A program made the translations under genes and the position numbers. Positions 38,444 to 48,161 of a stretch of DNA of 63,242 nt are shown piece after piece. The notes under the pieces were generated by a model, which ran no database searches, was not told where the DNA came from, and worked only from the letters and a program-made list of their open reading frames with translations. Position 1 is the stretch's first letter. Every line of letters begins with the position of its first letter. Origin of the DNA: an uncultured Methanospirillum sp. GTDB taxonomy: Archaea > Halobacteriota > Methanomicrobia > Methanomicrobiales > Methanospirillaceae. Location of the stretch: the NCBI GenBank assembly GCA_964637135.1, contig CAZWTX010000012.1, positions 1 through 63,242 of the forward strand. The letters run 5' to 3'.

Positions 38444-41400
38444 ATGATTTCAGTCCTCTATGTCGACGATGAACCGGATCTCCTTTCGCTCGGGAAGATC
38501 TTCCTTGAACGGAAGGGAGAATTCACCGTTGAAACCGCGATATCCGGAGAGGCAGCATTATCACTCCTTTCAGAGAACCGGTACGATGCAGTAGTATCAG
38601 ATTACCAGATGCCCGGTATCGATGGTATTGCCCTCCTCAAGATGATCCGTGAAAAGGATCCGGTTATCCCGTTTATCCTTTTCACCGGCAGGGGACGCGA
38701 GGAGATTGTCATCCAGGCGATAAATAACGGGGCGGATTTTTACCTCCAGAAAGGAGGGAATCCTGCAGCCCAGTACTTTGAACTAATGTCAAAGATCACC
38801 CAGGCTGTCGGAAAGAGACAGGTTGAGGCAGATCTCGCCAGGAAACATGAGGAACTGAGCGCTGCATATGAAGAGCTCGCCGGACAGGAGGAAGAACTCC
38901 GGACGCAGTACTTGCTTCTTGCTGAAAACGAACAGGCCCTTCGCAAGAGCGAACAGAATTTACGATCCTTCACTGAGACCCTTCCCGGGGTGGCATACCA
39001 GTATTATGCACGGCCAGACGGTGAAACCGGTTTTTACTATGTCAGCGGGAGAATACAGGAGATACTTGGCATCTCCGGTGATATCACTTCATTTTTTGAG
39101 AAATTTATCAGTCACCTTGAAGCGGAAGACCGGAAGCGGTTTCAGGCATCCTATGAAGAAGCCCTCTCAATCGCAAGACACTGGGAGTTTGAGGGTAAAT
39201 TCAACCGGAATGACGGACGGAAAATACATCTGCGGATACTCTCCGAACCGGTTCAGCGTGAACATGAGATTGTTTTTTCTGGCGTGGTTCTTGACATCAC
39301 AAAGCAGAAACAGGCAGAAGCAGTAATCCAGGCAGAGAAGGAACTGACACTCAGGCTTGCATCCACATCGTCTCTTCAGGCAGCCTATGAACATATCCTG
39401 AACGAGACGATCCTCGTATCGGAGATGGATTGTGGGGGCCTTTTCCGAAAGGATGCTACTATGGGAGAAATAACCCTGGTTTATTCCACCGGACTTTCGG
39501 ATGGATTTATTGAACGTATCCAATCCTTTCAACAGGATTCCCCCATTGCCACGTCAATTCACAATCAGAGTACGATCCACGGGAGCATATCCGGCTTTCC
39601 CGGGATTGAGGAGGTAGTATTTGGCGGTGAAAAAATCCGTTCATTCCTGTTCATACCGGTCACACAGGCTGATACAGGAGTAGCAGGACTCTTTCTTGCT
39701 TCCCGGACCGGTGATATGATACCCGGTGAGATCCTTCCCCTCCTTGAGAACCTGATGGCTGAGTCATGGAATGCAATACTCAGAATCCAGAGTGAAGAGG
39801 AATTAAAGGAATCTGAAGAGCGGTTTATCCAGTTGTCAAATGCCGCCAGGGAAGCGATCCTCATCCATGAGGATTCAGTGATCGCAGACCTCAATCACCA
39901 GGCGGCCAACCTCTTCAGGTATCACCGGGACGATCTTGTGGGAAAGAGTATCATGACGCTCTTCTCTCCTGAATCGATCGCAGCCATCGGAGGAAATGTT
40001 GACAGCATATCGGATGAACCGGCAGAGTTGAAATGCATAAGGGCAGACAACACCCCGTTCTGGGCTGATGTCAGTTCTCATCCGGTCACCCATAAGCAGG
40101 TGAAACAACGGATAGTGACGATCCAGGATATCACGAGGAGAAAACAGATGGAGGAGGCGCTCGAACGCCGTATCCATTCCCTAACCCGGCCCGATAGTGA
40201 ATCGACATGTATCTCTTTTACTGATCTTTTTGATATTGATGAAATTCAACACCTTCAGGATCTTTTTGCCGAGATCACCGGTGTCGGATCCCTCATCACC
40301 ACCCCGGAAGGTATCCCCCTGACGAAACCTTCGAATTTTTGCAGGCTATGCAGGGATATCATCCGCACAACGGAAAAAGGCCTTAAGAACTGTTACCGCT
40401 CTGATGCCATTATCGGGCTTCATAACCCTGACGGCCCTATTGTTCAGCCCTGCCTGAGCGGAGGACTATGGGATTCAGGTGCAAGCATTACCGCGGGGGG
40501 CAGGCATGTTGCAAACTGGCTGATTGGACAGGTACGAAACGACCTGTTGGATAGAGAGAAGATGCTCGCGTATGCAGATGAAATAGGGGCAGATAAGAAC
40601 GAATTTAAAAAAGCACTCGATGAAGTGCCGGTTATGTCAGAAGATCAGTTCAGAAAGGTATCAGAAACACTGTTCCTGCTTGCAAACATGTTGTCCCAGT
40701 TCGCATTTCAGAATCTTCAGCAGGCACGGGTCATCGCAGAGTATGAAAAAACGCGTGAATCGCTCCGAAGGGCAAACAAACAACTAATACTGCTCAGTAG
40801 TATCACCCGGCATGATATCCTGAACAAGATTGTCGTCCTTCTCGGGAATCTTGAACTGGTCAATGATCAGGTACATGATCCTGAAACCAGCCAGTACATC
40901 AGCAAAATGGAGAAAACAACCCGGATAATCAGGGAACAGATCGAATTTACCCGGGTATACCAGGATCTCGGATCCAGTGAGCCGCAATGGATCAGCATCG
41001 AAAAAACACTCCCTAGGAAGGATATTCCCAAGGGGATAATCCTTGAAACCGATAATATCGCCTTTGAGATCCTCGCGGATCCCATGTTTGAAAAGGTCTT
41101 CTTCTCGCTGTTTGACAACTCTATCCGGCATGGAGAACGGGTAACCCACATTCGGGTATCCAGCCGGATCATCGATGCTGAACTGACGATTATCTGGGAA
41201 GATGACGGTATCGGTATACCGGAAAATGAGAAAGAAGAGATCTTTCAGAAAGGATACGGGAAAAACACCGGTTTCGGCCTTTTTATCTCAAAAGAGGTAC
41301 TTTCTATCACTGATATCACCATTCGGGAAACAGGTGTATATGGATCAGGGGCACGGTTTGAGATAACCGTTCCGGCAGACGGATGGAGAGGAATCACAGA

Positions 41401-41470
41401 CAGCACCGGTGCACCGGACGGGCAGGCACAAGAAGACGTTACCCCGGCGGGGCAGCATCCGGAAGGATAA
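38444..41470 (+). CDS. Hybrid sensor kinase: REC + PAS + GAF + PAS + PocR + HisKA/HATPase
   Basis: VLYVDDEP...SDYQMP receiver; PocR signature (LQDLFAEITG...SNFCRLC...NC...PCLSGGLWD); TRHDILNK H-box. Confidence 0.92.
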   Translation: MISVLYVDDEPDLLSLGKIFLERKGEFTVETAISGEAALSLLSENRYDAVVSDYQMPGIDGIALLKMIREKDPVIPFILFTGRGREEIVIQAINNGADFYLQKGGNPAAQYFELMSKITQAVGKRQVEADLARKHEELSAAYEELAGQEEELRTQYLLLAENEQALRKSEQNLRSFTETLPGVAYQYYARPDGETGFYYVSGRIQEILGISGDITSFFEKFISHLEAEDRKRFQASYEEALSIARHWEFEGKFNRNDGRKIHLRILSEPVQREHEIVFSGVVLDITKQKQAEAVIQAEKELTLRLASTSSLQAAYEHILNETILVSEMDCGGLFRKDATMGEITLVYSTGLSDGFIERIQSFQQDSPIATSIHNQSTIHGSISGFPGIEEVVFGGEKIRSFLFIPVTQADTGVAGLFLASRTGDMIPGEILPLLENLMAESWNAILRIQSEEELKESEERFIQLSNAAREAILIHEDSVIADLNHQAANLFRYHRDDLVGKSIMTLFSPESIAAIGGNVDSISDEPAELKCIRADNTPFWADVSSHPVTHKQVKQRIVTIQDITRRKQMEEALERRIHSLTRPDSESTCISFTDLFDIDEIQHLQDLFAEITGVGSLITTPEGIPLTKPSNFCRLCRDIIRTTEKGLKNCYRSDAIIGLHNPDGPIVQPCLSGGLWDSGASITAGGRHVANWLIGQVRNDLLDREKMLAYADEIGADKNEFKKALDEVPVMSEDQFRKVSETLFLLANMLSQFAFQNLQQARVIAEYEKTRESLRRANKQLILLSSITRHDILNKIVVLLGNLELVNDQVHDPETSQYISKMEKTTRIIREQIEFTRVYQDLGSSEPQWISIEKTLPRKDIPKGIILETDNIAFEILADPMFEKVFFSLFDNSIRHGERVTHIRVSSRIIDAELTIIWEDDGIGIPENEKEEIFQKGYGKNTGFGLFISKEVLSITDITIRETGVYGSGARFEITVPADGWRGITDSTGAPDGQAQEDVTPAGQHPEG

Positions 41471-44400
41471 TTCTGCTCCTGCCCATCGAGATTTTTTCAA
41501 CAATAATCCGTGCAGGGATACGATCCCTGAGCACTTCTACATGAGATATGATCCCGATCTGTTTTCCTTCCTGTCTTAATCCGGAGAGGGTGTCAAGGGC
41601 GAGGTCGAGTGCTTCTGCATCGAGAGTGCCAAACCCTTCGTCAAGAAAGAGTGAATCAACCCTGACATTACGGCTAGACATGCCTGAAAGCCCCAGTGCA
41701 AGGGCAAGACTGACGATAAAACTCTCGCCACCGGAGAGGTTTTTACAACTCCGGATCTCATCCGCCTGCCAGGTATCAACGACCAGAAGATCAAGCGGAT
41801 GATCCCTACCCCCCGAAACGAGGCGGTACCGATCGGTCATTTTCTCAAGATGCCGGTTTGTATGATCAAGAAGGAGATCGAACGTAATGCCCTGTGCATA
41901 CGTCCTGAACTTTTTTCCGTCATGCGATCCGATCAGTTCGTTGAGAAGACCCCAGCGGTCCGCCTCTTTCTTCTGGCCAAGAAGGGCTTCCTCCTGACGT
42001 AACCGGTTTTCCTGGTTCTCCGAATCATCGCGAAGGGTTGTTTCTATCCCCCAGATCTTCTTTGACAACCCCTCTCTTCGCTCATATTCATCACGAATAC
42101 AGTCGTCTATCTCCTCTCCAGTGAGGTTCGTGAGGTTTTTCTTCTGTTCTCCATCCCGGGCATCCCTGATATCCTGTATCCTGTGAACAAGGGCGGTTTC
42201 TTCGTCCCGGAGTGTACGATCCAGGGTTTCGAGAGAGACAAGTTCATCCGGATCACAGAGATACAGGAGAAAGTCAGCCTCATCCCTGAACCCGGATCGA
42301 CGGAGAAGTTCTCCAAAATCCTTCTCTCTCCTGAAAACCTCATTGGAAAGAACGGTAACAGATTCCTCGTGGAGCCTGAGCTGCTGATGTATGAGGGAGA
42401 GATCAGTATGCGAACGGTGAAATGCATCCTGGGCAGCTCCAAGGGATGATTCTGCAACCACGAGGCGATCTGAAAGGATCTTCTCCCCGGCATCCGGGTT
42501 TCCATCCCCGTATAACTGGAACCGCTTCTTTTGGATATGGGCTGCTGATAGTTCAGATTCAGATATCTGGCCGGTTATTCCGGTAATTTCAGCACAAACA
42601 CGTTCCCTGCGATCCTTAAGGCCGGTCATGAGAATAGAGATTTGTCCCATCTCTCCCTCTTTCTGGGAGAGGAGATCTTTCATCTCCTGGAACTGCACGG
42701 ATCGGATCGAGAGCACGGAGAGAACCTCCCCGTCTTCTTCCGGCGAAAGGACCGGTACATACGGTGAGACCATCCGGGAGAACCGGAGACGCCCGTTGGT
42801 ATACGAGGTGAGATGGTTGTCATACTCTCTCTGCAGTGATGTGATCCGGGCGGTCAGCTCAACTTCTTTCTGTACGGCAAGACCGAGTTCCTGTTCGATC
42901 CGGCGATATCTCTCCCCAATCTCGGCCAGTCTTCCGTCATCGTCCCTGATTTTCTCCTCATATTCACGAATCTTTCTGATAAGGAGATGGATAGTTTCCA
43001 GTTCTTCCCGGCACCGGGAAAGTCGGGATGAAACCGGTTCCATGGTGGTCTGACCAGGAGCCGGCTGATTATCCGGATTCAGGTCTGCGATCTCTTGTTC
43101 CCTGGCCCTGGCACGCTCCTGTACCCGGGTAATCTCGTCCTGCTCCTGTAGAATAAGTGTCTGATTGCGGGCAATCCGGATCACCCGTTCCTGGTTGTCC
43201 TGGCGGTATCCGGACAGAATTCTCTCTTCCCGCTCCAGTTCACCATGATCGCTGCATACAGGTTCATCCTTTTGGTACGGATGATGAAGAGAACCGCAGA
43301 GCGGACAGGGAACATTCTCCTGCAGTTCATGCCTGTACTGGACAAGATTTTTTACCTGTTCTTCCCTGCGGACCTGTTCACGGATCGTGTGCAGCCTCTC
43401 TTCCAGGATCTCCTGTTGTTTCCCGATCTCAGCATATTCTCTCTCGAGGATACCGGTATCGTTCATGAGGCTGGTGATTCGATCCTCCCTCCGGAGAACA
43501 TCAGCAGTAATCCCGGTGAGATCCTGTTCAAGGCGGATGAACAATTCGAACTGTGCTGTTTTCTCACGGAGTTGTTCCTCCTGTTCGCTCAGAAAGGTCT
43601 GGGACCGTCCGGCGAGGAGAGCCGTGTAACCTGCAATATTCTGCTCCCTGGCTGTCACAATCGCCTTGCGCTCTTTTTCTACTGTTTCAAGACGAATATG
43701 GAGTGCATTGCAATCCTCATGGATTATGGAGAGGGACCGGGTAGAGGCTGAGATTTCCGTTTCCAGTTCCCTGATTGTTCGGCAGGATTCACTGTTGGTC
43801 CGGCTGATCTCCCGTATTACGCTCAGTTCTGCAAGAAGGGCCCCATCGTTTCCGTGATCACTGAGATAGGTGACCGCCCGGTCCCTCTCCTGCCTGGCCT
43901 CGTCATGTTCAGCATATGACTGGTGTATCCTGGATGTGAGCTCTTCCTTTTCATCCCGGAGTGCTGTATAGGTGTTCTTCAGGTCTGCAAGAATCCTGTC
44001 TGCTTCCCGTATCTGCCGATCAAGTTCACGGACCTCAACGATTATCCGGCGTTCCCTCTCAAGGGCCTCTTTTACCTCTTCCAACTCATTCCTGGCAGCC
44101 TGTAGCGTCTCCGATGAACGGGTATGTTCAGTCTCAAGAACCGGAATACGGAGGGCAACATCCTTAAAGAGCGCCATCGCTTCATCCTTCCTGTTTCTCG
44201 CATGTTCAAGAAGACGATACTCGGGTGCTATCCCTGCCGCCCTCCGTCCTGATTCGAGTGTTTCAAGAAGGGGTGCTGCTTCTGCTTTTTTCTGGTTCAG
44301 GACACCTGTTTCTTCTTCCGCTGTTGCCAGATCGCGATCCAGTCGCGAAATTCCCTCCTGCCAGGCTTTCCATTCACGGTACTTCTCCAGCCGGTCATCC

Positions 44401-45101
44401 GCATCTGCAATCCTGACCTGCAGACCGGCCATTTCTTCACGGAGTTCACTCCGCCTCTCCCCTGAAAGAACCGGGATCAGATCAATCCCTGCTTTCAGGG
44501 ATGAAAGACGTGACTGCTCAAGAGCAGCACGTTTCTGGACAGCCATGGAAATATCGGCATATATCTCCGTTCCGGTGATCTGTTCGAGGATTTCGGCTCG
44601 TTCCTCAACCCTGGCATCGAGAAACGCTGCAAACCTCCCTTGAGCAAGCAATATCGAGCGGGTAAACCGGTCAAAAGTCATGCCGGTAAGTTCCTCAACA
44701 AGGGAGGATACTTCTCCTGCTTTTGTCGAGAGAGGGGTACCGGTTACAAGATCCACGATCTCCCGTCGTGCAGGCTGGAGTTCCCCATCAGGGGCCTTTC
44801 TGGCACGATGCTGGTACCACCTGCACCGGAAAGAACCCTTGCCGGTAGAGAACTCCGTCTCTGCCATGCATTCACCGCAAAGCCGGGTCATGATCTCGTT
44901 ACTGGTCTTGGTTATCTGGTTGAGCCGGGGGGTCTCCCCGTATAATGCAAGACAGAGCGCATCGAGAATCGTTGTCTTCCCGGCTCCGGTCGGTCCGGAT
45001 ATCGCAAAAATCCCATCCTGGAATGGGGGACTGGTAAGATCGATCTCAAAGGTGCCGGCAAGCGAGTTCAGGTTCATCAGCCGGATCTTCAGAATCTTCA
45101 T
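41439..45101 (-). CDS. sbcC: SbcC exonuclease ATPase subunit (bacterial type)
   Basis: NLNSLAG, GPTGAGKTTILDA, LAQGRF, CPLCGS zinc hook, LSGGE, LFLDEGFGTLD. Confidence 0.95.
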   Translation of the reverse strand: MKILKIRLMNLNSLAGTFEIDLTSPPFQDGIFAISGPTGAGKTTILDALCLALYGETPRLNQITKTSNEIMTRLCGECMAETEFSTGKGSFRCRWYQHRARKAPDGELQPARREIVDLVTGTPLSTKAGEVSSLVEELTGMTFDRFTRSILLAQGRFAAFLDARVEERAEILEQITGTEIYADISMAVQKRAALEQSRLSSLKAGIDLIPVLSGERRSELREEMAGLQVRIADADDRLEKYREWKAWQEGISRLDRDLATAEEETGVLNQKKAEAAPLLETLESGRRAAGIAPEYRLLEHARNRKDEAMALFKDVALRIPVLETEHTRSSETLQAARNELEEVKEALERERRIIVEVRELDRQIREADRILADLKNTYTALRDEKEELTSRIHQSYAEHDEARQERDRAVTYLSDHGNDGALLAELSVIREISRTNSESCRTIRELETEISASTRSLSIIHEDCNALHIRLETVEKERKAIVTAREQNIAGYTALLAGRSQTFLSEQEEQLREKTAQFELFIRLEQDLTGITADVLRREDRITSLMNDTGILEREYAEIGKQQEILEERLHTIREQVRREEQVKNLVQYRHELQENVPCPLCGSLHHPYQKDEPVCSDHGELEREERILSGYRQDNQERVIRIARNQTLILQEQDEITRVQERARAREQEIADLNPDNQPAPGQTTMEPVSSRLSRCREELETIHLLIRKIREYEEKIRDDDGRLAEIGERYRRIEQELGLAVQKEVELTARITSLQREYDNHLTSYTNGRLRFSRMVSPYVPVLSPEEDGEVLSVLSIRSVQFQEMKDLLSQKEGEMGQISILMTGLKDRRERVCAEITGITGQISESELSAAHIQKKRFQLYGDGNPDAGEKILSDRLVVAESSLGAAQDAFHRSHTDLSLIHQQLRLHEESVTVLSNEVFRREKDFGELLRRSGFRDEADFLLYLCDPDELVSLETLDRTLRDEETALVHRIQDIRDARDGEQKKNLTNLTGEEIDDCIRDEYERREGLSKKIWGIETTLRDDSENQENRLRQEEALLGQKKEADRWGLLNELIGSHDGKKFRTYAQGITFDLLLDHTNRHLEKMTDRYRLVSGGRDHPLDLLVVDTWQADEIRSCKNLSGGESFIVSLALALGLSGMSSRNVRVDSLFLDEGFGTLDAEALDLALDTLSGLRQEGKQIGIISHVEVLRDRIPARIIVEKISMGRSRIILPDAAPPG

Positions 45102-45110
45102 GATATCCTC

Positions 45111-46337
45111 TTACTGCGCTGAAACATCCTCTTCATGAAGTCCGGTCAGGATCTCACAAAACGCAGCCATCAGATCCTCCTGTTCTCCGGAAGTAACCCC
45201 GTTATCCTGAAGACACCGCCTGAATACCTCCTTTTCAGAAAGATCCTCGAGAAGGAGATCGTCCTCTCTGGTCATGCAGGAAGGAGTGGAATGATGGCCT
45301 TTCACCCGTAAAACTTCCAGACTGCTCCCTGCAACCATCTCCCTGATATCTTCCGGTATTCCGGGCCGGATTGAATCATCCGTAAAGACGACCTCAAGAT
45401 ATGCCTGAATCCCACGGAACTTCAGGTCACACAGCCGTTGCATTACCTCCTCAACCGGCCCAGAAACGGTCTCAATGTGCCTGAATGATGGAACGGGTAC
45501 AGGATCGACGATCGGATCATGATCAGGTGTAAGCAGAACCGAGAGCACGTTCTTTTCCTTTCCTGCCTCGCTGAATCCGACCGGTAGCGGGGAGCCGGGG
45601 TACCGGCATCGGGATGACGCTCCTGCAACCTGTGACTGATGAAGATGCCCCAGTGCAACGTACCGGAAGATTTCAGGAAATATACCGGGATCTACCATCA
45701 GACACCCGCCGATCCAGATATCCCTGACCCCGTCACCATCAATACGACCAGAGCCGGCTGTAAAGAGATGCCCGGTTGCCATGACCGGGATGTCACTGCC
45801 CGCTTCAGCCAGGAGAGATACGGCATGATCTGCAACCAGTCGGTAATGTTCACCGATTCCATCAAGTGCTGCTTTCATCTTCTCTTCTTCGGTCTCACCC
45901 GGAACTGCTACCCTGATATCCCGGTCACGAAGGAAGGGAACTGCACAAAGTATGAGCCCGGGATTATCGTTCCGGTCATGGAGCAGGAGAACCTCCTCTG
46001 CAGGATCCTCAGGAACCGACCCGATGATATGGATATCAAGGGATCTAAGCAAATCCTTTGGAGCCGCAAGAAGGGAAGGGGAGTCATGATTTCCGGCCGT
46101 TATCACAACCCTGCATCCAGAGCCGACCACCTGCCCCAAAAACCGGTAATACAACTCCAGTGCCCGGTTTGAAGGAGTAGTGGTGTCAAAGATATCTCCA
46201 CAAACCACGAGAAGATCGTATTTCTCCCCGGCAAGAAGCCCGGCTAGCCAGGTGAGGAATGCCTCGTGTTCGTCATACCGGCGACGCCCGCAGAGAGTCG
46301 CACCGATATGCCAGTCAGCGGTATGGAGTATCTTCAT
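45111..46337 (-). CDS. sbcD: SbcD nuclease subunit
   Basis: HTADWHIG, GDIFD, GNHDS, ALGHLH, YPGSP. Confidence 0.95.
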   Translation of the reverse strand: MKILHTADWHIGATLCGRRRYDEHEAFLTWLAGLLAGEKYDLLVVCGDIFDTTTPSNRALELYYRFLGQVVGSGCRVVITAGNHDSPSLLAAPKDLLRSLDIHIIGSVPEDPAEEVLLLHDRNDNPGLILCAVPFLRDRDIRVAVPGETEEEKMKAALDGIGEHYRLVADHAVSLLAEAGSDIPVMATGHLFTAGSGRIDGDGVRDIWIGGCLMVDPGIFPEIFRYVALGHLHQSQVAGASSRCRYPGSPLPVGFSEAGKEKNVLSVLLTPDHDPIVDPVPVPSFRHIETVSGPVEEVMQRLCDLKFRGIQAYLEVVFTDDSIRPGIPEDIREMVAGSSLEVLRVKGHHSTPSCMTREDDLLLEDLSEKEVFRRCLQDNGVTSGEQEDLMAAFCEILTGLHEEDVSAQ

Positions 46338-46380
46338 GATATCGATATGACAGGACAGTCATGCATCCGGGATCAGGCAT

Positions 46381-47337
46381 GTGACTGATGATGATGGTAT
46401 AAGATTCGTTGATGTGAGCGATAAAACCCCGGACCAATCTTCTCCCGGTGAAACCGGATATCCGGATGATCACCTTGATAGGATCCCCATTCCCATCTGG
46501 ATGGATATGCCCACGCTTGGTGTCATCGGGTACGGCAGAATGAGCGGGATGATCATCTCCGGCCTCCTCGAAAGCGGTACCATCCGCCCGGAGGAACTCA
46601 TGATCACAACCCGGAGAATGGAAAAATTGGATAATATCATAAGGAAATATCCGGGTATTACCACTTCTCCTAATGCATGCGAGGTTGCCCGGCATTCCGG
46701 ACACCTCCTCCTCGGGGTCAGACCCCTTGATCTCATACCGCTTCTCATGGAGATCAGATCCTATCTCTCCCCGGAATCTCACCTGATCTCCATCGCGGCA
46801 GGAATTACTACCGATGACATCGGGCAGATCTTTCCCGGCCAGATCACACGGATTCTCCCAAATATTGCCGTATCTGTCTGCTCAGGGGTGATCCTCGTCT
46901 CCCATGGGAGATTAGTCTCCGAGCAGGCGCGTGACTGGACAGAATTTGTCTTCACCCGCCTGGGCTTTTTCCTCCCTGCTGATGAAGGGGTATTCGACAC
47001 TGCAAGCGATTTAATGAGTTGCGTGCCCGCTTTCTTCTCTGTAATCATTGAAGAACTTGCATCTGCCAGCGAACGGACCGGCTCGTTCTCCAGGGAAGAT
47101 GCAATTACACTCGTTTCTGCTGCTTTTTCCGGAACCGGAGCACTCCTCGCATCTGGGATGAAAACTGGGGATATTCCATCTCTCGTAGCCACCCCGGGCG
47201 GTATCACCGAACAGGGGATGGTAGTCCTGAAACGGGAGATGCCGGGAGTATGGGAGCGTGTTCTTGAACAAACCGGCCATAGGCATACCCACTTTCATGA
47301 AATCATAGAGGACCAGATCAGGAATGTAAACCTCTGA
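46381..47337 (+). CDS. proC: Pyrroline-5-carboxylate reductase family protein (ProC/ComER-like); start may be 46501
   Basis: GVIGYGRM, LISIAAG, RILPN, VATPGGITEQG. Confidence 0.8.
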   Translation: MTDDDGIRFVDVSDKTPDQSSPGETGYPDDHLDRIPIPIWMDMPTLGVIGYGRMSGMIISGLLESGTIRPEELMITTRRMEKLDNIIRKYPGITTSPNACEVARHSGHLLLGVRPLDLIPLLMEIRSYLSPESHLISIAAGITTDDIGQIFPGQITRILPNIAVSVCSGVILVSHGRLVSEQARDWTEFVFTRLGFFLPADEGVFDTASDLMSCVPAFFSVIIEELASASERTGSFSREDAITLVSAAFSGTGALLASGMKTGDIPSLVATPGGITEQGMVVLKREMPGVWERVLEQTGHRHTHFHEIIEDQIRNVNL

Positions 47338-47408
47338 TGACCAACGGTTTGCAGGGAGCTCTGCATGCCTGAGATAATTTAATTATCTAAGGATACGGAT
47401 GGTGTCGC

Positions 47409-48035
47409 ATGACCACCAGAGGAGTTACCCGTTATTTGACCGGGATCATCATCCTGGTCATGCTTTGCGTTATTACTGCTTCAGCATCTCCTGATTCATA
47501 CGCCCGTGCCGGTGAAGGAGTCAGTCTGATAGAAGCTGGTGATTATGAAGAGGCACTGGTTGTTCTCACACAAGCCACAACCCTGGATCCAGGGGACTTC
47601 TATGCATGGTACAATCGTGGCGTGGCGTGCCTGTACCTCGGGAAAAACCAGGAAGCATTGCAATCGTTCAATGCAGCCCTTGAGATCGATCCAAAATACG
47701 GTGATGCACTAGTAAACCGGGCCGCTGCACTCATTGAGCTTGCCCGGGCCGGTACCTACCAGGATCCGGATCCCGCATACAGGAAAGCGATCCAGGCTGC
47801 TAGTACGGCTATCGATCTTGATATCAAGAATAAACGGGCATGGTATCAGCGGGGTCTTGCTTACTGGGAGCTCGGAAATCTCGATGTGGCATTTGGAGAC
47901 TTTGCATATGCCCTGCAGATTGATCCGGAGTACACTGTTGCAAAAGAAGCAATGAACAAGGTCAGCAATGAGATACGTGATACCGGTTACACGCCACCGG
48001 ATGACAATGGATTTCCGGGAGGAAAAGCGGGGTAA
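47409..48035 (+). CDS. Secreted tetratricopeptide-repeat protein
   Basis: Signal peptide; AWYNRG...ALEIDP and AWYQRG...ALQIDP repeats. Confidence 0.88.
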   Translation: MTTRGVTRYLTGIIILVMLCVITASASPDSYARAGEGVSLIEAGDYEEALVVLTQATTLDPGDFYAWYNRGVACLYLGKNQEALQSFNAALEIDPKYGDALVNRAAALIELARAGTYQDPDPAYRKAIQAASTAIDLDIKNKRAWYQRGLAYWELGNLDVAFGDFAYALQIDPEYTVAKEAMNKVSNEIRDTGYTPPDDNGFPGGKAG

Positions 48036-48161
48036 TCCTGCCGGTTGTACTGGTTCTGAAACACCCGCCATGAGGATAAAAAAGAGCGGAAGATATTCCG
48101 GAGGATATCCATCCGGACAACCAGTTTGATCGCCGGGGAAAATTTAGAGAGGTCGGAGGGA

